Part shown: one piece after another, positions 59,971 through 64,000 of the stretch
Layout of the letters: the number at the start of each line of letters is the position of its first letter
Numbering within the stretch: the first letter of the stretch is position 1
DNA from: an uncultured Pseudomonadota bacterium
Lineage (GTDB): Bacteria; Pseudomonadota; Alphaproteobacteria; RF32; CAG-239
Direction of reading: 5' to 3'
Length of the DNA: 64,000 nt
NCBI GenBank assembly: GCA_902763905.1
Contig: CACWUA010000001.1
Coordinates: 11-64,010 of the forward strand
The notes under the pieces: generated by a model
What the model saw: only the letters and a program-made list of their open reading frames with translations
Database searches by the model: none
Told to the model about the DNA's origin: nothing
Translations under genes and position numbers: made by a program

Positions 59971-60126
59971 TTATTTATCTAAACTAACAGCAACCTCTTG
60001 CAAAACATGTTCGGTAGGTGCCTGTATATCTTGAATAACAACAAAGCCGATGCCGAGCACAAGCGCGATTAACACGGTATATGCAACAATTCGCGAATTA
60101 TTTGATTTGGTGTAATAGCTTTTCAT
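59971..60126 (-). CDS. Putative 51-aa single-TM membrane peptide upstream of xerD
   Basis: An AGGAAGG RBS lies 7 nt upstream of the ATG at 60126. The stop is 2 nt from the xerD start. The sequence is MKSYYTKSNNSRIVAYTVLIALVLGIGFVVIQDIQAPTEHVLQEVAVSLDK. It is absent from the ORF track only because of the 60-aa cut-off. Confidence 0.3.
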   Translation of the reverse strand: MKSYYTKSNNSRIVAYTVLIALVLGIGFVVIQDIQAPTEHVLQEVAVSLDK

Positions 60127-60179
60127 TTTATCCTTCCTATAAGTATTAAAAAAGATTGATTATATATTAACAAGGTTAT

Positions 60180-60827
60180 ATGCTGAGGTCAATAGTTAAG
60201 AATATAAAAGAAATGAAAATGCCAGAAATAAATAAAATAATACTTCTGGTCGGGTTGATGGGGAGCGGAAAGACAAGCGTCGGAAAGCGTTTGGCGCGGA
60301 GATTGTCTTTGCCGTTTGTCGACGGCGATCAGGAAATCGAAAAAGCCGCCGGTTTATCGCTTGTTGACGTACTTAAGTGTTTCGGCGAAAAAGAATATCG
60401 TGCCGGCGAGGAGCGTGTGATGAAACGTTTATTGCAAGGAGCGCCGTGTGTGCTTGCTTCCGGCGGTGGCTCGTTTGTTGCCGAGACAACTCGCAGATTG
60501 GCTAGAGAAAAAGCACTGACAATCTGGCTTAAAGCTGATATAGATACGCTTTATCATCGCACTGCCGGCCGTACCCGCCGCCCGTTTTTGCTGGGTGATA
60601 ATAATACCGTAAAAAATAAACTTCAGGAATATATCAAGGAGGAATATCCGTATTATTCCGAGGCCGATATTGTGGTGGAAACCAGTGACGAAAGAGTGGA
60701 AAATACCGTGCGTCATGTGGTTGCCGCCATAAATAAATTCTATAAACGTAACAAACAGCAGAGGAAAGAAAATGCGCCCGAACAATCGCACGGCCGAACA
60801 AATGCGGCCGCTGGAAATCATTCCTGA
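60180..60827 (+). CDS. aroK: Shikimate kinase
   Basis: P-loop LVGLMGSGKTSVGKRLA and the rest of the shikimate kinase core. The start is uncertain (ATGs at 60180, 60213 and 60219). A basic C-terminal tail overlaps rph by 56 nt. Confidence 0.8.
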   Translation: MLRSIVKNIKEMKMPEINKIILLVGLMGSGKTSVGKRLARRLSLPFVDGDQEIEKAAGLSLVDVLKCFGEKEYRAGEERVMKRLLQGAPCVLASGGGSFVAETTRRLAREKALTIWLKADIDTLYHRTAGRTRRPFLLGDNNTVKNKLQEYIKEEYPYYSEADIVVETSDERVENTVRHVVAAINKFYKRNKQQRKENAPEQSHGRTNAAAGNHS

Positions 60828-61482
60828 CGTTAATATTTATGCCGAGGGATCATGTTTAATAAAAGTAGGTAATACTCAGGTTTTATGCACAGCCAGCATC
60901 GATAGAAACGTACCGGCATGGCTTAAAGGGCAGAATCGCGGCTGGATAACGGCAGAATATTCACTTTTGCCGCGCGCCACGCAAGCCCGTGTTTCAAGGG
61001 AAACCAAGGGAGTAGGTGGACGTACTCATGAAATTCAGCGCCTTATCGGGCGTTCCCTGCGTGCGGTTACAGATTTGGAGGCAATGCCGGAAATTTGTGT
61101 GCAAATAGATTGCGACGTGCTGCAGGCAGATGGCGGAACCAGAACTGCGTCAATATCCGGCGCATTTGTGGCTTTATATAAAGCAATGCGAAAATTGGTG
61201 CAATCAGGTGAGTTGCCGCGCAATCCGATTCGCGAATACATGGCGGCGATTTCTTGCGGGATTTATGACGGAGAACCGATTCTCGATTTGGAATACGTTG
61301 AGGATTCGCATGCCGGAGCCGATACAAATTTTGTGTTGACCGAAAGCGGAAGAATTGTGGAAATTCAAGCAACAGCCGAAGGTGCTACATTCGGCGAACC
61401 GGAGTTTAACGAATTATTGCGCTTGGCTAAATCAGGGATTCACCAAATTATTTGCGCACAGAAAAAAGTTTTAGGAGAATAA
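60772..61482 (+). CDS. rph: Ribonuclease PH
   Basis: MRPNNRTAEQMRPLEI..AEGSCLIKVGNTQVLCTAS is the canonical RNase PH N-terminus. Confidence 0.92.
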   Translation: MRPNNRTAEQMRPLEIIPDVNIYAEGSCLIKVGNTQVLCTASIDRNVPAWLKGQNRGWITAEYSLLPRATQARVSRETKGVGGRTHEIQRLIGRSLRAVTDLEAMPEICVQIDCDVLQADGGTRTASISGAFVALYKAMRKLVQSGELPRNPIREYMAAISCGIYDGEPILDLEYVEDSHAGADTNFVLTESGRIVEIQATAEGATFGEPEFNELLRLAKSGIHQIICAQKKVLGE

Positions 61483-61483
61483 G

Positions 61484-62077
61484 ATGAAAATAACCGAAAT
61501 TTTGTTTGCCAGCCACAATACCGGAAAAATAAAAGAAATAAAGCAAATATTGGAACCATTTGGTATCAGTGTTAAAACCGCAGCGGATATGGATTTTCCC
61601 GACGTTGAAGAAACCGGCTCTACCTTTGCCGAAAATTCACTTTTAAAATCTCAAACTATTGCCGCGGCTCTCGGTATTCCTTGCCTTGCCGACGATTCGG
61701 GATTGTGTGTTGATGCGCTTGACGGTGCTCCCGGAGTATATTCGGCACGCTATGCTCCCAATCGTGATTTTGATAAGGGTATGGATAAACTTTTGGCAGC
61801 AATGGCGCAAAGTGAGAATAAAAGTCGCAAAGCTCACTTTTCTTGCGTTATATCGTTGGCTTATCCCGATGGTAAATATAATTTGTTTGAAGGTCGTGTT
61901 GATGGTGTTATTGCCGAACATAAAATGCCCGGAGCCGAAGGTTTCGGATACGATCCGCTGTTTATCCCAGACGGTTATGATGTCAGTTTCGCCCAAATGT
62001 CTAAAGAAGATAAAAATAAAATATCGCATCGCGGTCGAGCTATGCGTCAGTTTAAAGATTTTTTGACTTCCATGTAA
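61484..62077 (+). CDS. rdgB: dITP/XTP pyrophosphatase (RdgB/HAM1 family)
   Basis: N-terminus ILFASHNTGKIKEI plus the FGYDPLF motif; 197 aa. Confidence 0.88.
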   Translation: MKITEILFASHNTGKIKEIKQILEPFGISVKTAADMDFPDVEETGSTFAENSLLKSQTIAAALGIPCLADDSGLCVDALDGAPGVYSARYAPNRDFDKGMDKLLAAMAQSENKSRKAHFSCVISLAYPDGKYNLFEGRVDGVIAEHKMPGAEGFGYDPLFIPDGYDVSFAQMSKEDKNKISHRGRAMRQFKDFLTSM

Positions 62078-62087
62078 GGACTTTAAA

Positions 62088-64000
62088 ATGAAACAAAAGA
62101 TTTTTAACATCAATGCAGGAAGCTCATTTGTTGATGTTTTGGCTGAGCGTTATTTGAAAGAATATGAAAGCAATCCTGAAGGCTTGGCTAATGTTTTGTT
62201 CTTATTGCCAAACCGCAGGGCTTGCCAGAGTTTATCTGAGGCATTTGTGCGCTGTCGTGGTCTAACTCCGACTATTTTGCCGCAAATAAAACCGATTGCC
62301 GAGGCTGATGAAGATGAAGTTATTTTGACTTTGGATTCTTCGGTATTGGAAAATTTGCTTCCGGCAATCAATGAAACCGATAGGGTTTTGCAATTTACCA
62401 AACTGATTCTGAAAAAATCAGAGCTTGGGCTGGATAAAGTAACGTTGGCTCAAGCATACGTTTTGGCACGAAATCTTTCTTCTTTGATGGATATGACTTA
62501 TAACGAACAACTTAAATTTGATAAAATCAAAGATTTGGTAGATGCCGAGTATGCGGAGCATTGGCAACAGACATTGGAACTGTTGGAAATTATTACCCGA
62601 AATTGGCCGGAAATATTGCGCGAAAACCAAAAAAATGATGTGGCGGAACGACGTAATTTACTGTTATCTGCAGAGATGGACTTATGGCAAAAAATGCAGA
62701 CTTCTCAGCGGATTGTTGTTGCCGGAACTACGGCAGCATTTCCGATATTGAAACAACTTACCTATACTGTATTGAACTTACCGAACGGAGAAGTTTATTT
62801 ATACGGATTGGATAAATATTTATCGGCGGAAGATTGGGAAAAAATAGATGAGAATCATCCGCAGTATGAGCTTAAAGAATTGTTGGAATATCTGCATATA
62901 TCACGTGATGCAGTGGAAAATATCGATACCGCGTTTTTTACCGTTCGTGAAAAAATCGCGGCGGAGACCATGCGTCCGGCTGAAACAACCGCAGCATGGC
63001 GTGATTTAACTTTACATCCGCTACCCGCAGAGGCGTTTACACATATAAAATTAATCAACTGCGATGATGTCAGACAAGAAGCACAGGCTATTGCTCTGAT
63101 AATCCGTCATACTTTGGAAACGCCGGAAAAAACTGCGGCACTTGTTACAATGGATAGAAATTTATCACGCCGTGTTGTTTCCGAATTACAGAAATGGAAT
63201 ATTGCCGCCGATGATTCTGCCGGAAAACCGCTGAGCCTGTCGCCGATAGGTATTTATTTGCAGCTTATATGCAAATATATGGAAGAACGTACCGATACGG
63301 CGATGATTTCATTGCTTAAGCATCCGTTTACGGCGTGTGGAAAAGCCGTGCCGATATTTTATCATAATGTGCGCAAGCTGGAGTATGCTTTGCGTTCCGG
63401 TATCGATTTTGATGATGAGATTCAAAACTTTTATGATGATTTCTGCGCTCGTATCAGGCCATTGATTGACTTATATGAACAGCCTGCTGTAGATTTACAA
63501 ACCATATTTAAAACTCATATCAGGGTTGCCGAGAATTTGGCTGACACCGACAATAAAAAAGGTGCGCAGATTATTTGGAAAAATGATGCAGGTAATGTTG
63601 CAGCCGAATGGGTAAGCGATTTTGCCATACGCAGTGCTGAATTGCAAACCATAAAGACATCTGAATACAGCGCGTTTATAAGAATGATGCTTTCGGAAAA
63701 AAGTGTTCGCGCCCGTTACGGAACGCATCCGCGGGTTAAGATTTTAGGACCGATTGAAGCCAGACTCACTCAATATGACGTTACTATTATCGGTGAGGCC
63801 AACGAAGGGACATGGCCGAAAATACCGGAAGCTGATATGTGGATGTCGCGTCCGATGAAAAAAAGTTTCGGTTTCCCGCTGCCGGAGCGTCAAATCGGCG
63901 TAATGGCCGCTGATTTTGCCCACTTGCTGAATGCACCGGAGGTATATATAACTCGTGCCAAAAAAGTAGGTAAAGACCCTACAAACAAATCGCGGTGGTG
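62088..64000 (+). CDS. addB: Double-strand break repair protein AddB (alphaproteobacterial type), 5' portion; continues past the window end
   Basis: The frame-0 ORF stays open from the ATG at 62088 to the end of the window. It is missing from the ORF track because it is truncated at the window edge. The translation matches the alpha-type AddB N-terminal region (LFLLPNRRACQSLSEAF...). Confidence 0.7.
   Translation, partial: MKQKIFNINAGSSFVDVLAERYLKEYESNPEGLANVLFLLPNRRACQSLSEAFVRCRGLTPTILPQIKPIAEADEDEVILTLDSSVLENLLPAINETDRVLQFTKLILKKSELGLDKVTLAQAYVLARNLSSLMDMTYNEQLKFDKIKDLVDAEYAEHWQQTLELLEIITRNWPEILRENQKNDVAERRNLLLSAEMDLWQKMQTSQRIVVAGTTAAFPILKQLTYTVLNLPNGEVYLYGLDKYLSAEDWEKIDENHPQYELKELLEYLHISRDAVENIDTAFFTVREKIAAETMRPAETTAAWRDLTLHPLPAEAFTHIKLINCDDVRQEAQAIALIIRHTLETPEKTAALVTMDRNLSRRVVSELQKWNIAADDSAGKPLSLSPIGIYLQLICKYMEERTDTAMISLLKHPFTACGKAVPIFYHNVRKLEYALRSGIDFDDEIQNFYDDFCARIRPLIDLYEQPAVDLQTIFKTHIRVAENLADTDNKKGAQIIWKNDAGNVAAEWVSDFAIRSAELQTIKTSEYSAFIRMMLSEKSVRARYGTHPRVKILGPIEARLTQYDVTIIGEANEGTWPKIPEADMWMSRPMKKSFGFPLPERQIGVMAADFAHLLNAPEVYITRAKKVGKDPTNKSRW

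Overview
The window is a 64 kb AT-rich chromosomal segment that looks alphaproteobacterial, possibly from an intracellular Rickettsiales- or Holosporales-like organism. The supporting evidence is an atpI-atpB-atpE-atpF'-atpF F0 operon, RpoH, an alpha-type AddB, a DciA-like DUF721 gene and an H+-pyrophosphatase. Most genes are housekeeping: typA, dnaJ, PBP1A, polA, mnmE-mnmG-rsmG-parA-parB with three parS sites, dnaE, hppA, rluD, rpoH, an RND efflux operon, tgt, an MsbA-like ABC exporter, greA, fbaA, dsbA, xerD, aroK, rph, rdgB and addB. Three accessory patches stand out. (1) A five-gene minus-strand operon at 28.3-35.7 kb ends in a VirD4/TraG coupling ATPase and has no virB genes nearby. The four genes upstream of virD4 are unrecognisable; one is a two-TM protein with poly-Asp/Glu and Arg-Ser-rich disordered tracts in the position DotM occupies next to DotL. 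(2) A lineage-specific island at 8.5-13.1 kb between polA and mnmE encodes a Cys-rich secreted repeat protein with a (GAY)14 poly-Asp tract, a small zinc-ribbon-like protein and a 644-aa HExxH (gluzincin-like) protein. (3) A translationally coupled pair at 45.7-47.7 kb encodes a degenerate ParA/MinD-like ATPase and a J-domain-TM-SH3b protein. Also notable: an orientation-biased 10-15-nt motif (AACASTGTATTTAAAGA) recurs at least 8 times in the first 24 kb in several reading frames, there are two candidate structured RNAs or attenuators, and a PHP-domain gene sits between mnmG and rsmG. No rRNA, tRNA, CRISPR array or transposase was recognised.
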